Below, one piece after another: positions 22,247 to 31,951 of a stretch of DNA of 32,000 bases. Positions within the stretch are counted from its first letter, which is position 1, and every line of letters starts with the position of its first letter. Below the pieces are notes generated by a model. The model was not told the origin of the DNA. It saw nothing but the letters and a program-made list of their open reading frames with translations, and ran no database searches. Position numbers and translations under genes: made by a program. Origin of the DNA: Aliivibrio fischeri ES114 (GTDB lineage: Bacteria > Pseudomonadota > Gammaproteobacteria > Enterobacterales > Vibrionaceae); the NCBI RefSeq assembly GCF_000011805.1, contig NC_006840.2. One strand, given 5' to 3'.

Positions 22247-22414
22247 CAGTCAACAGGAATGATATTCAAGCGTATTACTACTGTTACTGCGATATTTACT
22301 TTATCAAGGAGTGATGAAGTTTTTAGAATAGGCTTTATTGCAACTCTACTTTCCGTCTTTGACACTTACCGTTAGGTAACTTCGCCTCTGTTCTCTCATC
22401 CAGAGGCTTTTTTT
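22247..22414 (+). ncRNA. Candidate intergenic small RNA (or independent terminator unit) downstream of the LysR gene
   Basis: Promoter-like TTGGTT(22211-22216)-18 nt-TATTAT(22235-22240). Transcript end defined by hairpin TTACC-GTTA-GGTAA (22366-22379) followed by terminator GCCTCTG-N10-CAGAGGC plus 7 T (22384-22414). No supported ORF inside. Confidence 0.35.
22384..22414 (+). terminator. Intrinsic terminator about 200 nt downstream of the LysR stop
   Basis: GCCTCTG ttctctcatc CAGAGGC TTTTTTT. Confidence 0.85.
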
Positions 22415-22711
22415 ATTCATTTCATCTAGCGATCTAATTGATTAGAACTACTAAAAATAAACTAAGATACTCAAACTATTCATTCATTCATTTCTTTCAT
22501 CTTATTTCCTGCTATTTATTCTTCTAATTTTAAGTATCAAATCAACAATAAAGAATAGAACTAATTATTTATTAATAACTAGTGATTATTACTGAAATAA
22601 CGACATGTAATTAGTCTCAAATGAACAATTTTCTTACTATACCCCCATCAAAATGCATTACATAAACAAAGCACGGATGCTTTTTTTAAAACAATTATGA
22701 GAGTATCCAAA

Positions 22712-23206
22712 ATGAAAAAATTACATCTAGTTCTTGCTATTGCAACCCTGTTTAGTGCCAACACTTTTGCTAACAATATCCACCTATCACCTGAAGTTAA
22801 AATCGGCCCTTATGGCGGCTTTGGTATTCAAGCTGGTGTTACTGATGCTTTAGGTTTTGATGCGGCCTATCTTAGTTACGGTCGTACCGTTTACAGCAGT
22901 TCAACTTATGATGAAACAATCGATTCATACCGTTTTGGTGTTCAACATATGTTTGGAGCATCTCAAATTCACGGTTTACAACTTGAAGTTGGTTTTGCTG
23001 ATTACGATGGCAAAAAAACGAGTAAAAGCGAAACAACAAAAGAAAGAGCGTTAGGTTCAAGTATTGGGGCATCTTATGTATTTCAAGCTACTGACCAATT
23101 AGGATTAAGAGCTGGAGTAGATCTTAACTACTTCCCAATGAGTGATACGTATATTCCTTATGACTTAGCAACTAACTTTAATCTTGGTATGACATTCACT
23201 TTTTAA
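22712..23206 (+). CDS. Small outer-membrane beta-barrel protein
   Basis: Signal peptide MKKLHLVLAIATLFSANTFA; strand pattern GPYGGFGIQAGVTDALGFDAAYLSYGR..., GSSIGASYVFQATDQLGLRAGVDLNYF, C-terminal FTF. Start chosen at the second Met (GAGAG upstream). Confidence 0.7.
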   Translation: MKKLHLVLAIATLFSANTFANNIHLSPEVKIGPYGGFGIQAGVTDALGFDAAYLSYGRTVYSSSTYDETIDSYRFGVQHMFGASQIHGLQLEVGFADYDGKKTSKSETTKERALGSSIGASYVFQATDQLGLRAGVDLNYFPMSDTYIPYDLATNFNLGMTFTF

Positions 23207-23227
23207 TGAATACCACCGTGATTAGTT

Positions 23228-23388
23228 ATACCAATCGTAGTAAATAACTGATCGCTCTAACTTGTTAAAATGCTCGATAACTACGTTAGAATTTTTGATT
23301 GTAGAGTAACTACTTATCAAAAATTCTGCCTTGTTCTCAAGCATTTTTCCTTCGCTATTTCTGATCACTTACTTACTGTGATTGGTAT
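23228..23388. repeat. MITE-like palindromic repeat element (about 161 bp)
   Basis: Terminal inverted repeats ATACCAATCGTAGTAAATAACTGATC / (rc) ATACCAATCACAGTAAGTAAGTGATC (22 of 26 match). Internal arms also self-complementary (AAAATGCTcGAtAACtacGttAGAATTTTTGAT versus rc AAAATGCTtGAgAACaagGcAGAATTTTTGAT). No ORF. Confidence 0.75.
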
Positions 23389-23395
23389 TAGATAC

Positions 23396-23429
23396 AAAAA
23401 TGGCGCTGTTTTTAAACAGCGCCATTTTT
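23396..23429. terminator. Bidirectional terminator
   Basis: AAAAATGGCGCTGTT-ttta-AACAGCGCCATTTTT. Confidence 0.9.
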
Positions 23430-23452
23430 ATTTAATTAGATTTTAAATCAAA

Positions 23453-24013
23453 TTACATCGCAAAGTTTACGATTGGGAAACAAGGTAGGAAACCATTTTC
23501 AGCACAGTTAATAAGACCTACTTGAACCCCTTTAATATCAGACGTCATGTTAAAGAAACCAACTTGAACATGAGAGTCATTTGAAAGGTTAGCAACACCA
23601 ACATCAACCATTGTATAACCTTCAGAATAGTTAACTGCTGATACGTTTGCACCTTTCACGTTATTAGTCAGGTTAACAAAACCTAGGTTAGCACCTAAAT
23701 CATCACCTTTGTGCCAGTTAAACAGGCCAAAAGATGCACCAGTCATATTACCGTTAACCTTGTTAGCGCCGATAAATAGCGGGAAGTTTACACCAGTTAG
23801 GTTATCACTTTCAGACATACCGATTGCAAAATCAACACCAGTTACATCACCCGTTTTACCGTAAAGAGCAGCTAGACGTACACCTTTTACTTCACTTGCT
23901 GCTGGAGCATTAAAGCCATTAAGTGATGAAAACATAACAGGCGTGCTATCTGCCATCGCAAATGATGAAACCATAGATAGAGCAGCGCAAGTACCAACTA
24001 AAATCTTTTTCAT
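23453..24013 (-). CDS. Signal-peptide-bearing surface-repeat-like protein (glycine-rich, about 20-residue repeats)
   Basis: MKKILVGTCAALSMVSSFAMA, then repeating phi-x-G-x-phi-x-phi-G/N units (VTGVDFAIGMSESDNLTGVNFPLFIGANKVNGNMTGASFGLFNW..., VKGANVSAVNY..., IKGVQVGLINCAENGFLPCFPIVNFAM). Start reassigned to the internal Met. Confidence 0.7.
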   Translation of the reverse strand: MKKILVGTCAALSMVSSFAMADSTPVMFSSLNGFNAPAASEVKGVRLAALYGKTGDVTGVDFAIGMSESDNLTGVNFPLFIGANKVNGNMTGASFGLFNWHKGDDLGANLGFVNLTNNVKGANVSAVNYSEGYTMVDVGVANLSNDSHVQVGFFNMTSDIKGVQVGLINCAENGFLPCFPIVNFAM

Positions 24014-24201
24014 AATATTTCCTTTATTACTTAGTTTATGATTCTTTGAATCAATTGTTTTATCTATTATTAATCGCACAGTAAATGCAATAACTCACAA
24101 TATACTCGTATTAAGTGATAAATAAAGCATAGTTCAAAAAGTTAGCATGTGATTATTATTTTTAAGTCAATCGGTTATCTAATCTAAACTCTGAATAAAA
24201 A

Positions 24202-24900
24202 TCACTTAATTACATCATCAATATTTTGCTCACCAATATGACGAACATCCTTTCCTTTCACAAAATAAATGATGTATTCACAAATATTCTGACAACGATC
24301 CCCGACTCGTTCAATGGCACGAGCAGCCCACATCACTTTCATAACACTAGGAATAGAGCTTGGATCTTCCATCATATAAGTCATTAGTTGACGCACAACC
24401 GCTTCATATTCTGCATCGATTTTATCATCAAATTTATACGCTTCAGTGGCTGCTTTTACATCCATACGAGCATAAGCATCTAAAACTGAATGCATCATCT
24501 TGACGGATTGACGTCCTAATGACTCTAAAGAGACCAATAACGAATGCTGTTTATTCGTGAAATTTTCCAGTGATACTTTTGCAATTTGAGATGCCACATC
24601 ACCAATTCGCTCTAAATCAGTAATGGTTTTTATAATTGCCATTACAAGGCGTAAATCACTCGCCGTAGGCTGACGCTTCGCGATGATGCGGGTACACGCT
24701 TCATCAATAGCCACTTCCATTGCGTTGACTTTATGATCTTCATGCATGACACGTTTAGCTAGCTCTGCATCGTGATTATGCAAAGCCTCTAAAGCATAAG
24801 TAAGTTGTTGCTCTACCATTCCCCCCATAGTTAAAACATGAGTACGAATCGCTTCAAGCTCAGAATTGAATTGGCCAGAGATATGTCGACCAAGATGCAT
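24202..24900 (-). CDS. phoU: Phosphate-specific transport system accessory protein PhoU
   Basis: [85 protein letters not shown]. Confidence 0.97.
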   Translation of the reverse strand: MHLGRHISGQFNSELEAIRTHVLTMGGMVEQQLTYALEALHNHDAELAKRVMHEDHKVNAMEVAIDEACTRIIAKRQPTASDLRLVMAIIKTITDLERIGDVASQIAKVSLENFTNKQHSLLVSLESLGRQSVKMMHSVLDAYARMDVKAATEAYKFDDKIDAEYEAVVRQLMTYMMEDPSSIPSVMKVMWAARAIERVGDRCQNICEYIIYFVKGKDVRHIGEQNIDDVIK

Positions 24901-24939
24901 GATATGTCCTTATCTTATAAATGGCCTATCATAGGCAAA

Positions 24940-25758
24940 TCACCCATAACGACCTGTAATATAGTCTTCTGTTTGTTTATGTATTGGAGAAGTAAAAATG
25001 GTATTTGCATTACCATATTCCACTAACTTCCCTTGGTTAATAAAAGCGGTGTAATCACTAACTCTTGCAGCTTGCTGCATGTTATGTGTAACAATAACAA
25101 CGGTATATTTACTTTTTAATTCGTAAATAAGCTCTTCAATTGTTAATGTTGATATTGGGTCCAAAGCTGATGTTGGTTCATCAAGTAATAACACTTCAGG
25201 CTCAATAGCAATAGCCCTAGCAATAACTAAACGTTGTTGCTGACCACCTGAAAGACCAAATGCATTTTCATGTAAACGATGTTTTACTTCATCCCATAAC
25301 GCCGCAGCTTTCAGAGCTTCCTCAACAGCTTCATCTAATACTCGCGCTTCTTTAATCCCTTGTAAACGTAAACCGTAAACTACGTTTTCATAAATTGACT
25401 TAGGAAACGGATTTGGGCGCTGAAATACCATTCCAACTCTTCGACGCAAGGAAGGAATATCCGTATCAGGGTGATAAATGTCATCACCAAATAGCTTAAT
25501 TGAACCTTTAATTTTGCAATTATCAACTAAATCATTCATTCGATTAATACAGCGTAATAACGTTGATTTACCACAACCGGATGGCCCAATAAAAGCCGTT
25601 ACCTGCCCTTTTGGTATTCGCATTTCTATATTTGATAGTGCCGATGTCTTGCCATAATTTAAGCAAAGATTATTAATTTCTATCGCGGTATTCTCATCAG
25701 ACAGGTGGTTAACATCCATCGGTGATAGAAAAGAAAGATCAGGAGATAATGAATACAT
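24940..25758 (-). CDS. pstB: Phosphate ABC transporter ATP-binding protein
   Basis: Walker [14 protein letters not shown], signature [49 protein letters not shown]. The start could be 25758 (MYSLSPDL) or 25719 (MDVNHLSD). Confidence 0.96.
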   Translation of the reverse strand: MYSLSPDLSFLSPMDVNHLSDENTAIEINNLCLNYGKTSALSNIEMRIPKGQVTAFIGPSGCGKSTLLRCINRMNDLVDNCKIKGSIKLFGDDIYHPDTDIPSLRRRVGMVFQRPNPFPKSIYENVVYGLRLQGIKEARVLDEAVEEALKAAALWDEVKHRLHENAFGLSGGQQQRLVIARAIAIEPEVLLLDEPTSALDPISTLTIEELIYELKSKYTVVIVTHNMQQAARVSDYTAFINQGKLVEYGNANTIFTSPIHKQTEDYITGRYG

Positions 25759-25762
25759 ATAA

Positions 25763-27298
25763 CTATAACTCCAAAGTTCGGTATTTTTCTCGTAAGTTAT
25801 TACGAATAGCAATAGCCGCAAGGTTTAATCCGATGATCACTGTGACAAGTAAAAAAGCCGTTGCATACACAATTGGACGAGCAGCTTCTACATTTGGACT
25901 TTGAAAGCCCACATCATAAATATGATAACCAAGATGCATGAATTTTCTATCTAAATGCAAATATGGTGCGACACTATCAACAGGTAAGGACGGCGCTAAT
26001 TTAACAACACCAACCAACATTAAAGGGGCAACTTCTCCAGCTGCACGAGCAACCGCTAAAATTAATCCAGTCATGATAGCTGGACTTGCCATAGGTAAAA
26101 CGATCTTCCATAAAGTTTCAAACTGTGTAGCACCTAATGCCAGTGAACCATGTCGAACCGAGTTTGGAATACGACTTAACCCTTCCTCAGTCGCAACAAT
26201 CACAACCGGTAAGGTTAATATTGCTAATGTTAATGCAGACCACAATAAACCAGGTGTACCAAATGTTGGGGTTGGTAATTCATTAGAATAAAACAATTGA
26301 TCAAGAGTTCCCCCCACCACATAAACAAAAAAGCCTAATCCAAATACACCATAAACAATTGATGGTACACCTGCTAAGTTAATTACAGCGATACGGATCA
26401 ATCGAGTTAATACATTTGGTTTTGCGTATTCATGTAAATATATGGCTGCGATTACGCCTAGAGGCATGACAATCACCGACATTAGCAACACTAATAAAAT
26501 AGTGCCAAATATTGCAGGAAATACTCCGCCCTCAGAGTTTGCTTCTCGCGGAGGTTCGGATACAAATTCATAAACAGACTCAAGCCAATGATATACTTTC
26601 TCTTTAACCGTCATTGCATTTGGAAACCAAATATCCAATACATGATCACTGCTTAATTGATAACGAGAACCTTGGCTATCTTCTAGTACTAAATAACTAT
26701 GACTCAATTGCTTTGAAATGGCATTAACTTCATTATTCAGTGCTTTTTCTTTAATTAATATTTCATCTTTAGAGAGTGTTGATTTTGGCAGAGCATCTAA
26801 TAAACGATAAAGTTTATATCTTTCTTGCTCAAGCAAATCGATTTTCGCCTTTTCACTACGAACCCAAGACTCTACTTGCTGTCGATTTAATTCAAGACCA
26901 TTTGATGTTTCTACAATTTTACCGAAATACTTACCATGCTGAACTCGATCGACAACAACCAATTCATCAGGTTTACTCACGGTTTTAATTTGGTCTTGAT
27001 CGATATTAATAAAATCGAAACCATTAATATCTCGATTACCGACCTTAATAACTAATCGTTCTTTTTTATCTGCATTCGCATCATGTACTTTTTGTACATC
27101 ATATAACTGACCAACAATGACCTTACCATCAACAGTTTGCCATTGCTGTAATGGCGTTGGCCAAAAATAAGAGAGGCCTTTCCAACCAATAAGCAATAAT
27201 ATCCCGAGTACCGAGATCATACTGATACTTACGGACCCTGCTGTAAGCCATATCCATGGTGAACCTGATTTAATCCATGTTTTCATTTTTATTTTCAT
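25763..27298 (-). CDS. pstA: Phosphate ABC transporter permease PstA with an enlarged N-proximal periplasmic region
   Basis: [81 protein letters not shown]. 511 aa, with roughly 200 residues inserted after TM1. Confidence 0.93.
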   Translation of the reverse strand: MKIKMKTWIKSGSPWIWLTAGSVSISMISVLGILLLIGWKGLSYFWPTPLQQWQTVDGKVIVGQLYDVQKVHDANADKKERLVIKVGNRDINGFDFINIDQDQIKTVSKPDELVVVDRVQHGKYFGKIVETSNGLELNRQQVESWVRSEKAKIDLLEQERYKLYRLLDALPKSTLSKDEILIKEKALNNEVNAISKQLSHSYLVLEDSQGSRYQLSSDHVLDIWFPNAMTVKEKVYHWLESVYEFVSEPPREANSEGGVFPAIFGTILLVLLMSVIVMPLGVIAAIYLHEYAKPNVLTRLIRIAVINLAGVPSIVYGVFGLGFFVYVVGGTLDQLFYSNELPTPTFGTPGLLWSALTLAILTLPVVIVATEEGLSRIPNSVRHGSLALGATQFETLWKIVLPMASPAIMTGLILAVARAAGEVAPLMLVGVVKLAPSLPVDSVAPYLHLDRKFMHLGYHIYDVGFQSPNVEAARPIVYATAFLLVTVIIGLNLAAIAIRNNLREKYRTLEL

Positions 27299-27308
27299 TC
27301 AGATACAC

Positions 27309-29516
27309 CTACAAACTACGATACTTTTCACGTAACCCTTGACGGATCCATTCCGCCAATGAGTTAACAAAAAAGGTGAAAACAAACAATAAAAATGCAG
27401 CTAAAAACAACATTCTAAAATGCGTACTACCCATTTCCGATTCAGGCATTTCAATAGCAATATTTGCAGCTAGCGTTCTCATGCCCTCTAAAATATTACC
27501 ATCCATAATTGGGGTATTTCCCGTGGCCATTAATACAATCATGGTTTCGCCAACAGCACGACCTAGCCCCATCATCACAGCAGAAAAAATACCAGGACTT
27601 GCAGTTAATAACACAACTTTAGTTAACGTTTGCCACTGAGTTGCCCCTAAAGCTAATGAGCCTTCAGATAAATGTTTTGGTACAGAAAAAATAGCATCTT
27701 CAGCAATAGTATAAATAGTTGGAATGATTGCAGCTCCCATTGCAATGCCAACAACTAGCGCATTCCTTTGATCATACGCAACGCCTTTATCACCTAAATA
27801 ATTACGTAAATCACCGCCAAACAACCAATCTTCAATTACATAACCATATTGAAAAGTAAAATAACCTATAACAATCAGTGCCGGTATTAATAAAATAGCA
27901 TGCTGCCCACGAGGCAACTTACGCATAATATGAGCAGGTAAAATGTGCCATACAAACGCGATAATAATCATACTTAATGGGAAGAACACCAATATACTAA
28001 AGACCGCAATTAAGTTATTTTCGACTATCGGGGCTAACCAAATACCAGCTAATAACCCAATAATAACTGTCGGTAACGCTTCCATAATTTCAATGGTTGG
28101 TTTTACATAACGACGCACATTGGCAGACATAAAATAGGCGGTATAAATCGCACTACCAATGGCAATAGGTCCAGCAAAAATCAACGCATAAAACGCAGCT
28201 TTTAATGTACCAAACGCCAAAGGCATTAAACTAAATTTTGATTCAAAGTCATCGTTTGCAGCTGTTGATTGCCAAATATAAGCAGGTTCTGGATAGCCTT
28301 CATACCACACCTTTCCAAAAACAGATTGGATACTGACTTCTGGGTGAGGGTTTGTGACGTTAAAACACTGCCACCCAGATTGAGTCAGTACAATTAATTT
28401 TTCACCATTAGGTGGTTGAGTCGCCGCCAAAACAGAATCATTAAATACATGCTGAGTAAATAGTGCTTTTTCGGTCGTAGTATGAATTAACGTTAAATTG
28501 CCTTTTTCATCAATCACACTTACCCCTTTCCGGTAAACTTCAGGAGAAAGTAACTCGATAGGTGCATCAAAATTAAACGTCCTAATTAAAGTGAGTGAAC
28601 GTTTTTCATTATTAATGGTATCGAACCATTGAGAAAAGCTGCCATTATCAAACTGAACAAGTACCGAATGAGCACCAGCTAATAACGTGAGTTTTTGTGC
28701 CGATTCTTTCAAAGGGATACTTTCACGTAATGAAGCCTGATGATCATTTAAGCTCCACACTTGCAATTCATGTTGGTACAGTAAATAAAGAAAATCATTA
28801 TTTGGAGTGATCACCATAGATAATAAATTCTTCACTTTATTCGTTCCATTAAAGTGAATAGGAATTGCTTCCCAAAGTGTCTCACCCGTCATCTGATTTA
28901 TACTGGCATCTAACTCTAAACCAAGAAGACGATTATCTTCTGTTTTCCCTAATACCACCCCCTCATTCGGAGTCAAACTTAATGCTAGCTGGGTCAAGGC
29001 TTTCTTATTTTCATCAAGTTGAAGTGAAGGGAAAGGAACAAATGACTCTACATAAGGAATAAGTTGACGATTTCCTTTGGAATAATTTGTTTGAAATCCA
29101 ATTTGAGCAAATTGAACACGACCTTTTTCATCACCAAATGCAAACCAATCTTGGCTTTCAATTGTCGTGGTAAAGGCGGTTGGATTACTTATTATTTGCT
29201 GCTCACTCACCTGTCGTTTATTAAGAAGATCAATAAACTGCACTTTTCCTGATTCATCAATACGATAAACCATTTTACCTTGCTCATCAGAGCCGATAGC
29301 AAGAGTAGCGTGAGTGTACTTTGTTTTATATTGATTTATTGGCTCAACATTAACAGAGGTGAAGATAGGAGAGATCACCGCCAATAAATAAAAACAAATA
29401 AGCAAAAGGGCTGCAATGATCCCAACCCCACTAGACTTAACCCAGACACGCATAATCAGATCAACAACACGACGCTGTTTATCTCGAGCTCTCTGATTAG
29501 GTTTGGCGTATGCCAT
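27309..29516 (-). CDS. pstC: Phosphate ABC transporter permease PstC with a large periplasmic (possible beta-propeller-like) insertion
   Basis: 735 aa. C-terminal permease: [89 protein letters not shown]-terminal TM then about 400 residues of beta-rich sequence. Confidence 0.92.
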   Translation of the reverse strand: MAYAKPNQRARDKQRRVVDLIMRVWVKSSGVGIIAALLLICFYLLAVISPIFTSVNVEPINQYKTKYTHATLAIGSDEQGKMVYRIDESGKVQFIDLLNKRQVSEQQIISNPTAFTTTIESQDWFAFGDEKGRVQFAQIGFQTNYSKGNRQLIPYVESFVPFPSLQLDENKKALTQLALSLTPNEGVVLGKTEDNRLLGLELDASINQMTGETLWEAIPIHFNGTNKVKNLLSMVITPNNDFLYLLYQHELQVWSLNDHQASLRESIPLKESAQKLTLLAGAHSVLVQFDNGSFSQWFDTINNEKRSLTLIRTFNFDAPIELLSPEVYRKGVSVIDEKGNLTLIHTTTEKALFTQHVFNDSVLAATQPPNGEKLIVLTQSGWQCFNVTNPHPEVSIQSVFGKVWYEGYPEPAYIWQSTAANDDFESKFSLMPLAFGTLKAAFYALIFAGPIAIGSAIYTAYFMSANVRRYVKPTIEIMEALPTVIIGLLAGIWLAPIVENNLIAVFSILVFFPLSMIIIAFVWHILPAHIMRKLPRGQHAILLIPALIVIGYFTFQYGYVIEDWLFGGDLRNYLGDKGVAYDQRNALVVGIAMGAAIIPTIYTIAEDAIFSVPKHLSEGSLALGATQWQTLTKVVLLTASPGIFSAVMMGLGRAVGETMIVLMATGNTPIMDGNILEGMRTLAANIAIEMPESEMGSTHFRMLFLAAFLLFVFTFFVNSLAEWIRQGLREKYRSL

Positions 29517-29571
29517 GATGGGTTAACCTCTATTTTTATAATGTGGATAAAATGTATTCTTCATTATAGGA

Positions 29572-29589
29572 GTGACACTATAATGACAA
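29572..29589 (-). promoter_or_regulatory. Pho-box-like PhoB site upstream of pstC
   Basis: Minus strand TTGTCAT-TATA-GTGTCAC: two 7-mers with 4-nt spacing, matching CTGTCAT-N4-CTGTCAT at 6/7 and 5/7 positions. Located in the pstS-pstC spacer. Confidence 0.55.
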
Positions 29590-29625
29590 ACAAAATCAAC
29601 CGACTTAAATCGGCCAAGTTTCATA

Positions 29626-30615
29626 TTAGTGCAAATCTAATTTAGATAATTCTTGTAAAACAAATCGTTCAGGCAAAGCAATATAGCCATCTTGCTCAAC
29701 CCTATCTTGCCCTTCTCTAGATAACATATAGCGAATAAACTCAGCATCAAGAGGGGGCAACTTTGCGGTTGGCGGTTTATTTATGTAAATATATAAGAAA
29801 CGCGCTAATGGGTATTGCCCGTTAATAATATTGTCTGTGGTTGGTTCAATATAATCGGTTCCAGTTCTACTGATAGGTAAGAGTTTTACCCCTGACATTT
29901 GATAACCAACACCAGAGTAACCAATACCATTTAAAGAGGCTGAAATTCCTTGAACCACAGAGGCTGAACCAGGTTGCTCATTAACGTTAACTTTAAAATC
30001 ACCATTACATAGTGCGTTATTTTTAAAGTATCCATAGGTGCCAGAGACTGAGTTTCGACCAAATAGTTGAATTCGATGTTTTGCCCAACTGGTATGTATC
30101 CCAAGCTCTTGCCAGCGGCTGATCGACTTTAAAGCACCACAACGCAAAGTGGCAGAAAAGATAGCATCAAGCTGAGAAAAATTGAGTCCTTTAATTGGGT
30201 TATCCTGATGAACAAAAATTCCGAGGGCATCAATTGCGACTCGGATTTCAGTTGGAGGATAACCAAATTGTCTTTCAAATGCGGCTTTTTCACTTTGCCG
30301 CATTTTTCGGCTCATGGGTCCAAATTGCGCAGTACTTTCAATAAGAGCTGGCGCTGCGGTCGAAGAACCTGATGCTTGAATTTGTATATGAACTCTAGGG
30401 TAAATACGTTGAAAATCTTCAGCCCATAGCGTCATCATATTTGCTAACGTATCAGAACCAATTGAAGATAAATTGCCAGAAATACCCGACACTCTCTCAT
30501 AAGGAGCAAGTGTCCCCTCATCAGCTAAACCATTATTTGCAAAGCACAACCAAAGTAATCCTACAGGGAAGAATCCCTTAAACCACTTTATAATTCTACT
30601 TTGCATATTAATCAT
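29626..30615 (-). CDS. pstS: Phosphate ABC transporter substrate-binding protein, PstS family
   Basis: ISGNLSSIGSDTLANMMTLWAEDFQRIYPRVHIQIQASGSSTAAPALIESTAQFGPMSRKM, GRNSVSGTYGYFK. Confidence 0.92.
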   Translation of the reverse strand: MINMQSRIIKWFKGFFPVGLLWLCFANNGLADEGTLAPYERVSGISGNLSSIGSDTLANMMTLWAEDFQRIYPRVHIQIQASGSSTAAPALIESTAQFGPMSRKMRQSEKAAFERQFGYPPTEIRVAIDALGIFVHQDNPIKGLNFSQLDAIFSATLRCGALKSISRWQELGIHTSWAKHRIQLFGRNSVSGTYGYFKNNALCNGDFKVNVNEQPGSASVVQGISASLNGIGYSGVGYQMSGVKLLPISRTGTDYIEPTTDNIINGQYPLARFLYIYINKPPTAKLPPLDAEFIRYMLSREGQDRVEQDGYIALPERFVLQELSKLDLH

Positions 30616-30629
30616 GATTCTGTACTTAC

Positions 30630-31925
30630 TTAAAGAATGAGTTTTTTAGGTAATGTAAATGAGAAAGTACTGCCTTTTCCTAACTTACTTTTTATTTCAA
30701 GCTGAGAGTCATGATGACTAAGCGCATGCTTAACAATTGCTAGCCCTAATCCACTACCACCCGTTTCTCTAGAACGTGCTTTATCTACACGATAGAAACG
30801 TTCCGTCAAACGAGGAATATGTTGCGGCTCTATCCCTTGTCCACTATCGGTAACTTTTAGCTCAGCACCACTGAATGTTGATTGCCAATCAACAATAATT
30901 TCAGCACCATCTGTTGTGTGTTTTACGGCGTTATACACTAAATTTGAAATAGCACTACGTAATTGATCTTCATCACCTTTAACTTTGAGATTATGATCAA
31001 CATTAAAGGTGATTTTATGATTTCTTTCGCCGCTTAGCGCTACGGCTTCTTTCTCTAAAATATCCAACATTGAAGGAACATCTACACGATCTTCTAGCAT
31101 TGATGTTGCTGCTGCTTCTATTTTAGATAAAGTTAATAGTTGTTCGACTAAGCCTTCCATACGAGACAACTGCTCAGTCATTACACCATGCGCACGATTC
31201 CACATAGGTCCAACTAACATGTCAGGATCTTCCGACATTTCCAAATAACCGCGAAGAACCGTCATTGGTGTACGTAATTCATGAGATACGTTAGCAAAGA
31301 AGTTACGACGCATGCCTTCAAGTTGCTTAATTTGAGAAACGTCACGTACCACCATTAGATATTCACCATCACTGTATGGTGCAATACGTATTTCTAACGT
31401 TTTATCACTATTGATTGGTGATTTCATATCCAATGGAAAATCAAAATGTTGACCCATCAAATACTGCACAAAATCAGGCGTTCTAATTAAATTAGTGATC
31501 GGTTGACCAGAATCATCAGGCCAACGAAAACCAAGAAGAGATTGTGCTAATGTGTTACACCAAACGATATTTCCTTCGTGGCGAAAAACCACTACCGCAT
31601 CTGGTAAGGCTTCTGCACCTTGACGGAATCGACGGATCAAACCAGATAACTCTTTGCGACGCTTCTTATGTCTTTTTTGCAGACGATACGTCTCATCAAA
31701 AATAGGTTCCCAACTACCAGATGCTGATGGAGGTGTCGCCTTTCGGCCTTCATGTAACCAACGTGACATCTTAATTTGGTTATGAAGATGCCAAATTAAT
31801 AAAATAAAGGAGGCAAGGAACAGCAATGGCCATAGCGCATCAAATAGATACCCTACAATAACCCAAGGAACATAGAAAAAAACCAATTCTCCAATCAATT
31901 TTTTCCATGAAAGACGCTCAACCAT
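30630..31925 (-). CDS. phoR: Phosphate regulon sensor histidine kinase
   Basis: PAS region ([27 protein letters not shown]), H-box [23 protein letters not shown]-box [27 protein letters not shown]. Confidence 0.96.
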   Translation of the reverse strand: MVERLSWKKLIGELVFFYVPWVIVGYLFDALWPLLFLASFILLIWHLHNQIKMSRWLHEGRKATPPSASGSWEPIFDETYRLQKRHKKRRKELSGLIRRFRQGAEALPDAVVVFRHEGNIVWCNTLAQSLLGFRWPDDSGQPITNLIRTPDFVQYLMGQHFDFPLDMKSPINSDKTLEIRIAPYSDGEYLMVVRDVSQIKQLEGMRRNFFANVSHELRTPMTVLRGYLEMSEDPDMLVGPMWNRAHGVMTEQLSRMEGLVEQLLTLSKIEAAATSMLEDRVDVPSMLDILEKEAVALSGERNHKITFNVDHNLKVKGDEDQLRSAISNLVYNAVKHTTDGAEIIVDWQSTFSGAELKVTDSGQGIEPQHIPRLTERFYRVDKARSRETGGSGLGLAIVKHALSHHDSQLEIKSKLGKGSTFSFTLPKKLIL

Positions 31926-31951
31926 TACCTTTATACCTTACAATAATTAAA

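Noticed and set aside
23228-23388. IS element or integron attC interpretation of the palindromic repeat
   Set aside because: No transposase ORF and no attC core site architecture recognised; ATACCAATC-type TIRs fit a MITE-like repeat better.
27376-29252. ORFs 27376..27639, 28865..29062 and 29064..29252
   Set aside because: Overlap pstC, which is continuous and well supported.
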